A stretch of 64,000 bases of DNA, from contig JBBRSP010000016.1 of NCBI GenBank assembly GCA_038245295.1, positions 1 through 64,000 of the forward strand. Reading direction: 5' to 3'. The DNA comes from Candidatus Binatia bacterium. GTDB taxonomy: Bacteria > Desulfobacterota > Binatia > HRBIN30. The notes below the pieces were generated by a model. It saw only the letters and a program-made list of their open reading frames with translations, was not told the DNA's origin and did not search any database. This document shows, in pieces, positions 37,842 through 48,849 of this stretch. Numbering within the stretch: the first letter of the stretch is position 1; each line of letters starts with the position of its first letter. The position numbers and the translations under genes are program-made.

Positions 37842-39029
37842 ATGCATGAAATCCCCCTAGAGGTCTTCGACGAAACCCTGCGCGACGGAGAGCAGCAATC
37901 CGGCTTGTGCTGTTCGTACGAAGCGAAGCTCGAGCTGGCCAAGCTGATCGCCGCCACCGGCGTTCACCAGCTCGACCTGATGCCCGCGATCGATGAAGCA
38001 GAGGCCCAATTGGCGTGCACTCTGGTCCGCCATGGCCTCGGCGACATTCTCACGGCGGCGACGCCGATCGGCAAGTCCTACGTCGACCTGGCGAAGGCGT
38101 GCGGGCTGAAGCGGATTGTTCTCTTCTACGCGACGTCGGATCGACTTCTCGTGCTGCGCGATCCGGAACTGCGCCTCGACGACGCCCTGCAGGGTAAAAC
38201 CATCGACGACGACATCCCGGCCGCTGCCGTGCAGCGAGCCCGTGACGGAATGTTGCAGCGGGTCCTCGAAACCCTGCACTACGCCATCAGCAAAGGCATG
38301 GACCTCAAGGTCGACTTTGCCGCCGAGGACGCCAACCGCGCCGACCCCGACTTCCTGCTGCAATGCATCCGCGAGCTCGCACCGTTCCTCGGTCACTTCC
38401 TTTTGTGTGACACGGTTGGAGCTCTGCAGCCGGAGAGAGCGAGCCGTTGGCTGACCGACCTACGCAAGAGCGCCCCGCATGCCCGCCTGGGAGTCCACTT
38501 CCACAACGATATGGGGCTCGCCCTCGAGAACACGCTGCAAGCGGTGATGGCGGGTGCGACGATGGTGTCGGGAACCTTCGGAGGTATCGGCGAACGTGCC
38601 GGCAACGTCGCGCTCGATCAGGTGCTGAACGGATTGCGACTGCGTTACGACCGCCGCGTCGCGGGTATCGACTATGAGGCGATCGACGCCGTGACGGCGC
38701 GCCTCGACGCCCTCGGACTCCGTCCGGCAGCACCGTACTCCCGGCAGGCACAGCGGCACACATCGGGAATCCACGTACAATCCCTGTTGCAAGATCGACG
38801 CAGCTACACGATCTTCCCGGAGCAGGAGCCCGAGATCTGGTTTGGCAAGATGAGCGGTGCCGCCAACTTTCAGTACCTGTTCGAAAAGCGCCTCGGACGA
38901 CCGCTGGCCAAGGACGAGTACGTCCGTCTCAGCGCCGTCTTGAAGCGCCGCGCCCGCACCGAGCAACGCTGCTACTCGAGCGAGGAAGTCCTGCACTTGC
39001 TGGCGACGGGAGCCCTCGATGGCCAATGA
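37842..39029 (+). CDS. 2-isopropylmalate/homocitrate-synthase-family condensing enzyme (HphA-like), no regulatory domain
   Basis: [36 protein letters not shown]; 395 aa. Confidence 0.88.
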   Translation: MHEIPLEVFDETLRDGEQQSGLCCSYEAKLELAKLIAATGVHQLDLMPAIDEAEAQLACTLVRHGLGDILTAATPIGKSYVDLAKACGLKRIVLFYATSDRLLVLRDPELRLDDALQGKTIDDDIPAAAVQRARDGMLQRVLETLHYAISKGMDLKVDFAAEDANRADPDFLLQCIRELAPFLGHFLLCDTVGALQPERASRWLTDLRKSAPHARLGVHFHNDMGLALENTLQAVMAGATMVSGTFGGIGERAGNVALDQVLNGLRLRYDRRVAGIDYEAIDAVTARLDALGLRPAAPYSRQAQRHTSGIHVQSLLQDRRSYTIFPEQEPEIWFGKMSGAANFQYLFEKRLGRPLAKDEYVRLSAVLKRRARTEQRCYSSEEVLHLLATGALDGQ

Positions 39030-40728
39030 AACCCTGGTGCTCGGCGACGACGTCAACACCGACGACATCATTCCGGCACGCCGCTGCACGAGCGCCGACC
39101 CTGATCATCTCAAGCAGTACGCGCTCGAGTACGTCATCGGCGAGGGGATTCTCCTATCGCGCTACGACAAAATCGAGGCCGGACGGAATTTCGGCTGTGG
39201 GTCGAGCCGCGAGCATGCTCCACTGGCTTTGAAGGCGGCCGGCGTGCGCGAGATTCGGGCTCAATCGTTCGGTGAAATTTTCTATCGCAACAGCATCAAC
39301 ATCGGCCTGCCCTTGCGGCACGCGGCGCACGCCGACCACGATCCGGTTGTCGCCGAGATCATCGGTGCAGGCGGCTTATCGGAGTTCAACCTGCGCCGCC
39401 GCGCGGCGCGCACGACGATCCCGAAGAACACGACGACGGCGCGGCCGATGACGTTGGCGGAGAAACTGCTGGCGCGCGCCTCCGGAAATTCTTTCGTGCA
39501 ACCGGGGGAAACCGTATTCGCGCGGGTCGATTTGGCCATGTCCCATGATGCAGTCGCCGGTCCGACGGCCAAGTTGTTTCACGAGCGCTTCGGCGCCGAC
39601 GCGAAGGTCTGGGATGCGTCGAAGATCGCCCTGGTCGCCGATCATTTCATCCAAGTCAACGAGATCCGTAACGATCCGCGGGTTGCCGTGTTGCATGCGC
39701 AGATGACACGGTTTGCCGCCGAACAAGGTTGCCGTCTGTTCGACACCGTGACGCCCGGCAACGCCTTGGGCATCTGTCATGTCCTGCTTCCCGAAGAGGG
39801 CCTCGTCCGACCGGGCATGGTGATCGCCGGCACCGACTCTCATTCGTGCACGTACGGCGCCTTCGGCAGCTTCGCCGTCGGCGTCGGCACGACGGACATG
39901 GCCAACCTGTTCGCCATGGGCGACCTGTGGATCCGTGTGCCGCCAACCCATCTGTTCGAGCTCAACGGCGAGTTGCCGAAACCGTGCTGCGCCAAGGATG
40001 TAATGCTCTTCCTGCTCGGTCAGATCGGCTGCGACGGCGCTCGCGGCGCCATGATGGAGTTCCGCGGTGAAGTCATCGATCGCATGTCGATGGACGAGCG
40101 CATGACCCTGTGCAATATGGCCGTTGAATGCGGCGCCATCGGCGGCCTGATCGTGGCGGACGCGCAAACCAGGGCCTACGTGGAGCAGCGAGGCGGCATG
40201 GCAGGTGACGAAATCCGTGCGGACGCGGCGGCGATGTACGAGCGACACTATGCTTTCGACTTGAGTCGCCTCGAGCCACAAGTGGCGCGACCGCCGAAAC
40301 CCGACCAGGTGACGGGGATTAGCGCCCTCGGGCATGTCGCCATCACCAAGGCGTTCATCGGCTCGTGCACCGGGGGAAAATTGGACGATCTGGCGCAGGC
40401 GGCGGCGGTGCTCAAAGGACGCAAGGTTGCGCCGAGCGTTGCCCTGTTCATCGTGCCGGCGACCCAGCACGTGCGCCGCGAGGCGGAACGCCTCGGCTAC
40501 ATGGAGATCTTCGAACAGGCAGGCGCAACAATTCTCGCTTCGGGCTGTGGCGCCTGCATGAATGCCGGCCGCGGCAATCTCGGCAAAGACGAGGTTGGGC
40601 TCTACGCAATCAACCGCAACTTCACGGGGCGCAGCGGCGATCCGTCGTCCCAGTGCTACCTGGCTTCGCCACACATCGTTGCCACGTCTGCGATACAAGC
40701 GGTCATTACCGACAAGCTCGAAGGCTGA
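39019..40728 (+). CDS. Fused small+large subunit isopropylmalate-isomerase/homoaconitase (HphCD-like)
   Basis: N-terminal LeuD motifs [10 protein letters not shown] and [11 protein letters not shown]; then LeuC motifs MTLAEK, DH, GICH, DSH, GSCT, CGAC, NRNF.GR. Confidence 0.9.
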   Translation: MANETLVLGDDVNTDDIIPARRCTSADPDHLKQYALEYVIGEGILLSRYDKIEAGRNFGCGSSREHAPLALKAAGVREIRAQSFGEIFYRNSINIGLPLRHAAHADHDPVVAEIIGAGGLSEFNLRRRAARTTIPKNTTTARPMTLAEKLLARASGNSFVQPGETVFARVDLAMSHDAVAGPTAKLFHERFGADAKVWDASKIALVADHFIQVNEIRNDPRVAVLHAQMTRFAAEQGCRLFDTVTPGNALGICHVLLPEEGLVRPGMVIAGTDSHSCTYGAFGSFAVGVGTTDMANLFAMGDLWIRVPPTHLFELNGELPKPCCAKDVMLFLLGQIGCDGARGAMMEFRGEVIDRMSMDERMTLCNMAVECGAIGGLIVADAQTRAYVEQRGGMAGDEIRADAAAMYERHYAFDLSRLEPQVARPPKPDQVTGISALGHVAITKAFIGSCTGGKLDDLAQAAAVLKGRKVAPSVALFIVPATQHVRREAERLGYMEIFEQAGATILASGCGACMNAGRGNLGKDEVGLYAINRNFTGRSGDPSSQCYLASPHIVATSAIQAVITDKLEG

Positions 40729-40745
40729 GAGGAACGTACCGCGCC

Positions 40746-42770
40746 ATGCTCCGACTCGTCACACACCCGCATCGAACCAAACTGAGCCGGGTCTTGGGCC
40801 GACGCCTGTTGCTCGCCGCTGTGCTCAGTCTCCCTTGCTTACGGATGGCCGCGGCGTGCACAGGAGATTGCAACGGCGATGGCGAGGTGACGGTCGATGA
40901 GATCCTCGTCGGCGTGAACGTTGCTCTCGACCACACGGCACTCGCGACCTGCCCCAACTTCGACAGCGACGCGAACGGAGCGGTCACCGTCGATGAGCTC
41001 ATCGGCGCGGTGCGATCGGCACTGAACGGTTGTCCTGCCACCGCAACGCCCACCTCCAGCGCCACGGTGACCGCGACACCGACTCCAACCGCCACCACGA
41101 CGCCGACTGGTACGCCGACACCGACGAACACCGAAGTGCCGACCGCAACTCCTACCGCCACGCCGCTGACGCCAACGCCGCTGTTCAGCGATGTGACGGT
41201 CGCCGCCGGCCTCGACTACCTGCAATATGTCCTGCCCAACTTCCCGCCGTTGAGCGAAGCCGACTACTTCAGCGGCGGAGCGGCGGCTGGAGATTACGAC
41301 GGCGACGGCTGGGTCGACCTCTACGTCACCCGTCTCGACGCTCCCGGCATACTCTTTCACAACAAAGGCGACGGCACGTTCGAAGATCGTACCGACGAGG
41401 CTCTCGGAAAACGCGCCAACTGGAACGGTGCGGCGTGGGGCGACGTCGACAACGACGGCGACCTCGATCTGTATGTCACGACGATCCACGACACCCGTTA
41501 CTACTTGTTCATCAACGACGGCACCGGCCACTTCACCGAAGAGGGTCAAGCACGCCACGCCGCCATCGATGAGCCGCAGATCCACGATGGCTTCAGCCCC
41601 GCCTTCGGCGACTTCGATCGCGACGGTTACCTCGACATCTTTGTTGGCGAGTGGCTGTACGGCCGTGACAACACGGAGTTGCACTCGAGCGCTCGCCTAC
41701 TCCACAATCGCGGCAAAGAAGCACCTGGCGTTTTCGAGGATGTCACGATTCCTGCCGGGGTGCGCTTCGATCTAGTGACACCAACCGAGCCGCGCGTGAC
41801 GGGAACGTTTCCGTTCACGCCGCGTTTTGCCGACATGGACGATGATGGTTGGCCCGACCTCGCGGTTGCCGCCGACTTCGGAACGAGCCGGCTGTATTGG
41901 AACAACCACGACGGCACCTTCACCGATGGCACCGTCGCCGCGAATGTCGGCCATGAAGAAAACGGCATGGGTTCGGCGATTGGCGACTATGACGGCGACG
42001 GACATCTCGACTGGTTCGTCACCGCCATTCGCGACCCCGACTACTTTTGCGCCCTGCCCGGCCAGGGTTGCTTCTGGGGCACGAGCGGCAATCGGCTGTA
42101 CCACAACAACGGCAATCGAACGTTTACGGACACCACCGACGCCATGGGCGTGCGCGACGGCTATTGGGGTTGGGGAACAGCCTTTTTCGACTTCGACAAT
42201 GACGCGGACCTCGATCTCGTCATGACCGATGGCCTGCGATTTGGATTCGCCGATCCGGACGACCCGAACCTGTTCGTCATCGGTCGATTCATGAACGACC
42301 CGATGCGTTTATGGCGCAACGACAACGGCAGCATGACGGAGATGGCGGTGGCAGCCGGTCTCACCAATGTCGATTCGGGCAAGGGACTGCTCACCTTCGA
42401 TTACGACAACGACGGTGACCTCGACCTCTTCGTCGTCAACAACACCGGCCATCCGGTGCTTTACCGCAACAACGGAACTGGCAACGGCTGGCTGCGCGTT
42501 CGAACAATCGGCGTCGACTCCAACCGCAACGGAATTGGCACCCGTGTGTGGGTCAAATCGACCGTTGGCGGCCCCTCACAGTTGCGCGAGATCGACGGTG
42601 GCAGTCACTTCCTGTCGCAAAGCGAGTTCACGGCTCACTTCGGCCTCGGGGCCGGGGATGCGCCGCTGGCGGAGGTTCGCATCGAGTGGCCCAAGACCGG
42701 GCGCGTCCAGCGCTTGTTCGATGTGCCGCGCAACACCCTGCTCGTGGTCACAGAACCGCCGGCACCCTGA
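40746..42770 (+). CDS. Secreted CRTAC1-like protein (dockerin-like domain, Thr/Pro linker, FG-GAP propeller, ASPIC/UnbV)
   Basis: CTGDCNGDGEVTVDE, (TP)n linker, repeated D.D.DG..DL motifs, SNRNGIGTRV...HFGLG...IEWP. Confidence 0.88.
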   Translation: MLRLVTHPHRTKLSRVLGRRLLLAAVLSLPCLRMAAACTGDCNGDGEVTVDEILVGVNVALDHTALATCPNFDSDANGAVTVDELIGAVRSALNGCPATATPTSSATVTATPTPTATTTPTGTPTPTNTEVPTATPTATPLTPTPLFSDVTVAAGLDYLQYVLPNFPPLSEADYFSGGAAAGDYDGDGWVDLYVTRLDAPGILFHNKGDGTFEDRTDEALGKRANWNGAAWGDVDNDGDLDLYVTTIHDTRYYLFINDGTGHFTEEGQARHAAIDEPQIHDGFSPAFGDFDRDGYLDIFVGEWLYGRDNTELHSSARLLHNRGKEAPGVFEDVTIPAGVRFDLVTPTEPRVTGTFPFTPRFADMDDDGWPDLAVAADFGTSRLYWNNHDGTFTDGTVAANVGHEENGMGSAIGDYDGDGHLDWFVTAIRDPDYFCALPGQGCFWGTSGNRLYHNNGNRTFTDTTDAMGVRDGYWGWGTAFFDFDNDADLDLVMTDGLRFGFADPDDPNLFVIGRFMNDPMRLWRNDNGSMTEMAVAAGLTNVDSGKGLLTFDYDNDGDLDLFVVNNTGHPVLYRNNGTGNGWLRVRTIGVDSNRNGIGTRVWVKSTVGGPSQLREIDGGSHFLSQSEFTAHFGLGAGDAPLAEVRIEWPKTGRVQRLFDVPRNTLLVVTEPPAP

Positions 42771-42800
42771 ATTGTTGTGCGAAGCCTCGAAGGCGGAACC

Positions 42801-45800
42801 CTACGGTTCGCCCTCGACGATCTCGATACGTTGTCCCGCGGTCAGCGACACCTCGTGAACGGTCCCGCTCGGCCAGGTGATGGTCGCGGTGCCGGTCGTG
42901 GTGTCACCCAGATTGAGCAGCAACCACGCACTATTTTGACTTTGAAAGCCCTGCGCCGAATGCACCGTATAGAAGTGGGTCGCCGAGCCGTGGACCTCGA
43001 TGCGCGCGCCGATCGCATCACGGTTGCTACGCGTACCAACCAGATGAATCGTCGTGGTATTCGCGCGCAGCGCCGGCTGCCGAATATACAGTGCGTTGAA
43101 CTGTCGTTGTTCGATTCCGTCGGGATTCACACCCCCGAGGCCGCCCTTCGGGTGTCCTCCGAGGCTGTAGAACACGTCGGTGTCGCCATCATGGTCAGGG
43201 TCACCGAGGATGATGCCGTGGGTACGCGTTAGACCATGGCCGCTGATGACCGGATCGCTGCAGCGGTGGAACTGCACCGGATGCATCGGGTCACCAACGA
43301 TGCCGTCGTTGCAGAAGATGATATCGACATCGGCGCGGCGCGGACTGCCGGTGCCGATCAAGACGTCGGGAAAACCATCGTCGTTGAGATCACCGACACC
43401 AAGCCCCATCGTGTTCTCTCCAGGGTCGGGATCATTGCGCATACCCAGGCCGACATTGTCGGCAAAGGCGACGAACGTACCGTCGCCCTGGTTGATCATC
43501 ACCAGATCCTGCGTCGACCAGCGGCCTAGGTAGAGATCGGGCAACCCGTCCTGGTTGAAATCAGCGGCGGCGGCCGAGAACACCAGCGAGTAGAGCTCCG
43601 GGCCATACTGGGAAATCAGGTTCTGCGTCACCTCCGTGAAGCCGGCGGCGCCGTCGTTACGATACAAATGATGCTGGTACATGCTCGGGATATACAGATC
43701 CTGATCACCGTCGAGGTCGTAGTCGAACCAAACCGGGTCTTTGCCTTCGATCAGCACGGCGTTGACGCCCAGGGCCGCCGCCACCTCGTCGAAATGGCCG
43801 TCGCCCCGATTGTGGTAGATCAGCGGGCGCCCATCGAGCTGCGTTGCGGCAAAGTCGAGCCAGCCGTCGTTGTCGTAGTCGGCCCAGGAAACGCCCCACC
43901 AAGGTCGCAGTGCGGGGCTAAGCCCGGCCTGCGCGGATACTTTCGTGAAGCGACCCAGCTGGCGCAGATCGTTGCGATACAAGGCCAGGTTCGAGTTGCC
44001 GCTGTAGCCGCCATTGGCGAGAAGGAGGTCGGGATCACCGTCGTTGTCGAAATCGCCAAACGCCTGGCCCCACGCGAGATACAAGTCACCGGCATCTACA
44101 CCGATGTCGACGGGAGAGAAGCGCGCGTGCCCCAGGTTGTGGTAGAGGCGCGACGTCCCATAGCCCGGAACCAAGCGGTCGTCCGTATCCGAAGCCCAGA
44201 TATCATCCCAGCCGTCGCCATCGACGTCGACAAAGGCGGCACCACGACCGTAGGCGCGCCTGTCGTTGAGGCCGGCTGCTTCGGCAAGGTTGCACATCTC
44301 AACCCCAGCCGAGCATACGAGCGGGCAACTCTGCCCGACGTTGCGTAGCGCGGCGACTAGGTCGGCGGCGCTGACCCGCCCCGTGAGCAGGGAGTCGACA
44401 CCACACGAACCGGCATGCGGGGCATCAAAAATAGCGTGGATGGTGGAGTCGATTTCATCGGCACTCACCATCGCATCGGCATTGCAATCGCCGGCGCACG
44501 CAGCCGGGCGCTGGAGCAGACTCATCACCATCGCATGGTTGGCTGCGGAAGCGTTGCCGTTCTGGCCGGTGGCACCGCCCGGAACAATGATCTTACCGCC
44601 GACGACGACTGCCGCCGCGCCCTGGCGATTCGTCAACATGTCGGGTAGCTGTTGCCAGCGATTGCTCTGCGGGGCATACGACTGCGTCTCGCCCAAAACC
44701 TGCGCCGCGGCGCTGCTCGGCGCACCGCCGAAGACGACGAGCGCTCCGTCATACACCGCTCCGGCAAAATCGGCCCGTGGACTGGGCAGATTGGGCAGAT
44801 CGTCACGCCAGGTGTTCTGCCGCGGATCATACGCTTCCAGCACGTCCAGAGGGTGGGCGTCGCGCCCGCCGACAGCATAGAGGATGTTGTCGATCGCGCC
44901 GGCCACGAGTTGCTGGCGGGCCGTGGGCATCGCCGTCAACCCGGTCCACGTGTCCGTGTCGACGTCATACGTGGCAAGATCTGCAACCGCCCTTCCGTCG
45001 CGTTGACCGCCAACGACATAGATCTGGCTACCGATCACCACCGCCGCCGCCGCCCCACGCGCCGTCGGAAGATCGGCGCGCCGTTCCCAGTGATCGGCGT
45101 CCGCATCGTAGGCATAGACCGCGCGCACCGCGGTCGCCCCGGAGCCGCTCAAACCGCCGATGGCATAAAGGCGATCGCCCGCAACAGCCACGGCGACGTG
45201 ATGCAAGGCCTGCGGCAACGACGCGGCGGCGAACCAATTGTTGAGGATCGGATCGTAGGACTCGACGCTATCCAACACCTCGCCGCGGCTACCGCTGCCG
45301 CCGACGACGTAGACTCGGCCGCGCAGCAGCGCCGCGCCTGCTGCCTGCCGTGCCTCCGGCATGGGAATGAGCGATTCCCAATACGGCAACCGCACTGGAC
45401 CCATGGACGGCGTCGGGGAACGAGTCGGCGTCGCGCTTGCCCGCAACGTCGGGGTGGCCGTTCTTGTCGGCACGAGAAGCGATGCCGTCGGCGTCGGGGT
45501 GTCGCCTGCTGCGGTCGGGGTCGGACTTGCCGGCATCCCACCGCACGTCGCCTGCACCGTTCCCAAAGCTACGCCGTCCGGCGAAGGCCCGACCGGGATC
45601 GTTGCCACGACCTGATTTGTGGCCGTGTCGATGACCGACACGCTGTCGGAAAAGAAGTTGCTTACGTAGAGCGTCTGGCCGGACGGATCGAAGGCGAGAT
45701 CCGCAGGACCGTTGCCCACCATGATCGAGTCGACAACCATGTCCGTCGTTGTGTCGAGCACAAGCACGAAATTATTTTCTTGACTGGCAATGTAGGCGAA

Positions 45801-46523
45801 GCGGGCATCCTGGCTCAGCCGGATCGCGACAAAATCACCGTAATCCAAGACGATCGTCCGCTTCACGGCTCGAGTTGTCGTGTCGATGACCGAGATGGAG
45901 TGATCGCCGGCGTTGGCGACGTAGGCCAAGCCACCGACCGGAGTAAACGTCAGCGCCATCGGCGCAACGCCGACGGGTATTGTATCGATCACCGCCTGGC
46001 GCTGCGTATCGATGACAGAGACAGTGTTGTCATTCGCGTTGGTGACGTAGACGAACGCGCCGTCGGGGGTGACGTCGAGTCGGCCCGGACGCCGCCCAAC
46101 ACCGATCACCGTCTTCGCCTCGTTGGTGGCTGTGTCGATGACGGAGACCGAGTCGTCGAGACTATTCGAGACGTACAGGAATGACCCGTCGGGATTCAGT
46201 ACCGCCGCTTTCGATCCGGCGGCGGCGCGTGCATAGGCCACGGCCATGTTGATCCTGGTATCGATGACGGCGACGAAAAACCCACCCTGACCGTTGAATT
46301 GCCCAGGAAACTCGCTGGTAACGTAGACACGTTCGCCGTTCGGGTGCACCACCGGGAAGGCGGGGGCTGGACCGACATCGATGCGCGCCTGCGTCAGGCG
46401 CGTCGTCGTGTCGACGACGGAGAGCGTGCTGTCGCGGCGGTTCGCCACGTAGAGACAGGTGGCGGGCCACACCGGTTCGACCAAGGCGATGAGCACCAAC
46501 GCACAGACCCAAAAGAGCTTCAC
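42801..46523 (-). CDS. Secreted multidomain protein: YVTN propeller, Thr/Pro linker, Kelch propeller, dockerin-like domain, FG-GAP/ASPIC
   Basis: Signal peptide at GTG 46523 (GTGA overlap); YVAN/YVTN repeats; YVVGG Kelch repeats; CAGDCNAD; DFDNDGDPDL; SNRDAIGARI. Confidence 0.88.
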   Translation of the reverse strand: MKLFWVCALVLIALVEPVWPATCLYVANRRDSTLSVVDTTTRLTQARIDVGPAPAFPVVHPNGERVYVTSEFPGQFNGQGGFFVAVIDTRINMAVAYARAAAGSKAAVLNPDGSFLYVSNSLDDSVSVIDTATNEAKTVIGVGRRPGRLDVTPDGAFVYVTNANDNTVSVIDTQRQAVIDTIPVGVAPMALTFTPVGGLAYVANAGDHSISVIDTTTRAVKRTIVLDYGDFVAIRLSQDARFAYIASQENNFVLVLDTTTDMVVDSIMVGNGPADLAFDPSGQTLYVSNFFSDSVSVIDTATNQVVATIPVGPSPDGVALGTVQATCGGMPASPTPTAAGDTPTPTASLLVPTRTATPTLRASATPTRSPTPSMGPVRLPYWESLIPMPEARQAAGAALLRGRVYVVGGSGSRGEVLDSVESYDPILNNWFAAASLPQALHHVAVAVAGDRLYAIGGLSGSGATAVRAVYAYDADADHWERRADLPTARGAAAAVVIGSQIYVVGGQRDGRAVADLATYDVDTDTWTGLTAMPTARQQLVAGAIDNILYAVGGRDAHPLDVLEAYDPRQNTWRDDLPNLPSPRADFAGAVYDGALVVFGGAPSSAAAQVLGETQSYAPQSNRWQQLPDMLTNRQGAAAVVVGGKIIVPGGATGQNGNASAANHAMVMSLLQRPAACAGDCNADAMVSADEIDSTIHAIFDAPHAGSCGVDSLLTGRVSAADLVAALRNVGQSCPLVCSAGVEMCNLAEAAGLNDRRAYGRGAAFVDVDGDGWDDIWASDTDDRLVPGYGTSRLYHNLGHARFSPVDIGVDAGDLYLAWGQAFGDFDNDGDPDLLLANGGYSGNSNLALYRNDLRQLGRFTKVSAQAGLSPALRPWWGVSWADYDNDGWLDFAATQLDGRPLIYHNRGDGHFDEVAAALGVNAVLIEGKDPVWFDYDLDGDQDLYIPSMYQHHLYRNDGAAGFTEVTQNLISQYGPELYSLVFSAAAADFNQDGLPDLYLGRWSTQDLVMINQGDGTFVAFADNVGLGMRNDPDPGENTMGLGVGDLNDDGFPDVLIGTGSPRRADVDIIFCNDGIVGDPMHPVQFHRCSDPVISGHGLTRTHGIILGDPDHDGDTDVFYSLGGHPKGGLGGVNPDGIEQRQFNALYIRQPALRANTTTIHLVGTRSNRDAIGARIEVHGSATHFYTVHSAQGFQSQNSAWLLLNLGDTTTGTATITWPSGTVHEVSLTAGQRIEIVEGEP

Positions 46524-47806
46524 GGTTGAGTCTCCGTTGCAGGCAGACAGCCGTGCAGTTGCAAGTCGGAACCCGGCAAGATCGCGGTCGGGGACGCGCC
46601 GGTGCGAATCCACTGCGCCAACGCATCGAGGGCATCGCGGCTGACGGGCGCGAATCCAAGCGGCATGGGGGTGCCTGGCAAGTCGGCACGGCCGAGGGTT
46701 GCCTTGGCCAGGCGAACCCACAACACGCTGTGCTCTTCATCGCCGGGAGAAATCAGCTTGAACGGGCTCGAGGTCGAGTCGACTCCGACCAGGCGATCGT
46801 AGGAACCGTCGGCACGCAGGTCCAAGCCACCGCTACGCGCCTGCCCGTGGCAGGCACCGCTCGTGCAACCGTGACGCTCGAAAATGGCTCGTTGAATCAG
46901 AGCGTACGTGCTCGGTAGAACCTCGCAGTTCTTGCTGACGCAATCGGAACGGCACTCGTCGTCATTTACCGAGTTGCCGTCGTCGCATTCCTCGCCGGCT
47001 TCCTGCATGCCGTTGCCACACACGGGGGCCGGACACGTGACACCAGTTTGCGCGAACACCGCCCCGGCAAAACAATCGGAACGCTGCCCGATCGCGTCCA
47101 GCAGCGTGCCGGCGCCGGTCGGATAGGTGGTCGAGGTCGAACAAGCGTCTTGCACGTGTTGCTGCAATCGCGCCCGCACGCGCGCCAGGCGCTGTGTCGC
47201 CGCCGCGACAAGTCCCAACTTCGCGCTCGGCCCGTAATAGCGCGCGGCGATACGTCCGAAGGAAACTTCACGGGCGCGCAACCCGGTGCGGATCAGCTTC
47301 TCCGCCGCCCGCGAAACGGCACTCACACACGCATCGGGCGTGGTCGACGCAACGGCCACCGGCGCGCTTGTTTGCATTGGGCCGTACACCGCTGAAACCA
47401 GACTGGTCTCCAAATCGACACAGGTGTTGCGTACATGGTCCTGGGCATCGGCGATGGTACCCAATCCAAGTGCCGCAACTTCTTCGGGGGTGCAGGACGC
47501 TTGCACGGCTTGCGCCGCATGCTGTCGTTCGGCCAGCGAGCGCGCGCTCAAGGTATCCTGGTCGCACTGTGCTGCCGTTTCTTTGCCGGCCAGACAGCTG
47601 CGATGCGCCGTCCAGGTTCGATCGACGCATTGGCGAGCCGCCACGGCAACAGCTCGTTGGCAGCGTGCGGCGGTGCCGTAGTCACCCCAGAACAGCAGAT
47701 CGACGGCGCCATTGTGAGCGGCGGCGCTGCGGCTGATCAGAAGTACGAGACCAAGAACTACCTTATTGGGGATGGCGGTAGAGGAACCCCAGGTGAACCG
47801 AAGCAT
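46520..47806 (-). CDS. Secreted Cys-rich heme-c-like protein; paralog of the N-terminal half of 31435-33975
   Basis: CQRAVAVAARQCV, CGNGMQEAGEECDDGN, STYALIQRAIFERHGCTSGACHG, GGLDLR, PMP, WIRTGA. Confidence 0.75.
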   Translation of the reverse strand: MLRFTWGSSTAIPNKVVLGLVLLISRSAAAHNGAVDLLFWGDYGTAARCQRAVAVAARQCVDRTWTAHRSCLAGKETAAQCDQDTLSARSLAERQHAAQAVQASCTPEEVAALGLGTIADAQDHVRNTCVDLETSLVSAVYGPMQTSAPVAVASTTPDACVSAVSRAAEKLIRTGLRAREVSFGRIAARYYGPSAKLGLVAAATQRLARVRARLQQHVQDACSTSTTYPTGAGTLLDAIGQRSDCFAGAVFAQTGVTCPAPVCGNGMQEAGEECDDGNSVNDDECRSDCVSKNCEVLPSTYALIQRAIFERHGCTSGACHGQARSGGLDLRADGSYDRLVGVDSTSSPFKLISPGDEEHSVLWVRLAKATLGRADLPGTPMPLGFAPVSRDALDALAQWIRTGASPTAILPGSDLQLHGCLPATETQP

Positions 47807-47953
47807 GCTGCGATAGAGGCGGCCAGCACTATCCGCCGCACAGCGGTCTGACAAGACGAATTTCCGCAGACGGTCATTTTGCTGGGCTCAGCGGTCAGTA
47901 GGAGCAATGAACCTGGCGCCCTGCTCTCAATCCGTGATTTGAGGCGACGAGTG

Positions 47954-48757
47954 TTAGGATCGGCGCCGGTCGACAACCCACATCTCGCCGGCAAGATGTT
48001 GCCCGCCGGTGACGTCGAGAGTCGTCCCGGTGGTCCAGGCCGAAGCCGGCGAGGCGAGGAAGACAACCGCCGACGCAACCTCTTCGACGCTGCCGAGTCG
48101 GCCCAGGGGAAGGTCGCCGGCGGCATCGACAACGCTGGCGTCGTAGCGGCTGTCAAAGCCGGAAGCCGCGATCGGTCCCGGCGCGACCGCATTGATACGG
48201 ATGCCATATTCAGCCCACTCCAAGGCCAGGGTCTTGGTCAAGTTCGCCACCCCGGCACGGGCTGCCGACGTATGGGCGTTGCCGGGAATGCCGCGGTAGT
48301 GGTTGGCGATGACATTGACGATGCGCCCACTGCCGGCAGCGATCATGCGGCGGCCGAAGGCCTGCGTCGCGTACCAGGTGCCATTGAGATTGGTGTTGAT
48401 GACGGCGTTCCAGCCGTTGGTCGAGTATTGCTCGGCGCGCTGGGCGAACTGGCCGCCGGCGTTGTTGACCAGGACATCGACGCGACCGTGGTGTTCGACG
48501 ACGAACTCCGCCAGCGCCTCGAGCTGATCTGGCTGCCGAATGTCACACACCTTGCTCAATGGTTTAACGCCGGTGGCCTGCTCAATCGCGGCGACCCCGT
48601 CTTCGAGGTGCGTCGGTTGCCGGCTGGCGATGACGACGCGCGCGCCGCAATCGATCAATGCGGTGGCAATCGCCCGACCGATACCGGTGCCACCGCCGGT
48701 GACCACGACGACATCGTCCTGCATCAGGTCATTGGCAAAGAAGCGCCCAGCACGCAT
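47954..48757 (-). CDS. SDR, 2,4-dienoyl-CoA/trans-2-enoyl-CoA reductase-like
   Basis: TGGGTGIG, NNAGGQF, AHTSAARAGV (no canonical YxxxK), EWAEYGIRINAVAPG. Confidence 0.88.
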   Translation of the reverse strand: MRAGRFFANDLMQDDVVVVTGGGTGIGRAIATALIDCGARVVIASRQPTHLEDGVAAIEQATGVKPLSKVCDIRQPDQLEALAEFVVEHHGRVDVLVNNAGGQFAQRAEQYSTNGWNAVINTNLNGTWYATQAFGRRMIAAGSGRIVNVIANHYRGIPGNAHTSAARAGVANLTKTLALEWAEYGIRINAVAPGPIAASGFDSRYDASVVDAAGDLPLGRLGSVEEVASAVVFLASPASAWTTGTTLDVTGGQHLAGEMWVVDRRRS

Positions 48758-48849
48758 GCGCAGCGAAATAGCCCTCGCCATCTGGAAACACCACAAGCAC
48801 CGGGAGGCGCCCTCCCGATGGAGACTGCCGAGAAACTCGGAGCCACCCC

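Noticed and set aside
37842..40728. Housekeeping leuA/leuC/leuD
   Set aside because: The synthase lacks the regulatory domain, the isomerase subunits are fused, leuB is absent, and the context is specialised metabolism.
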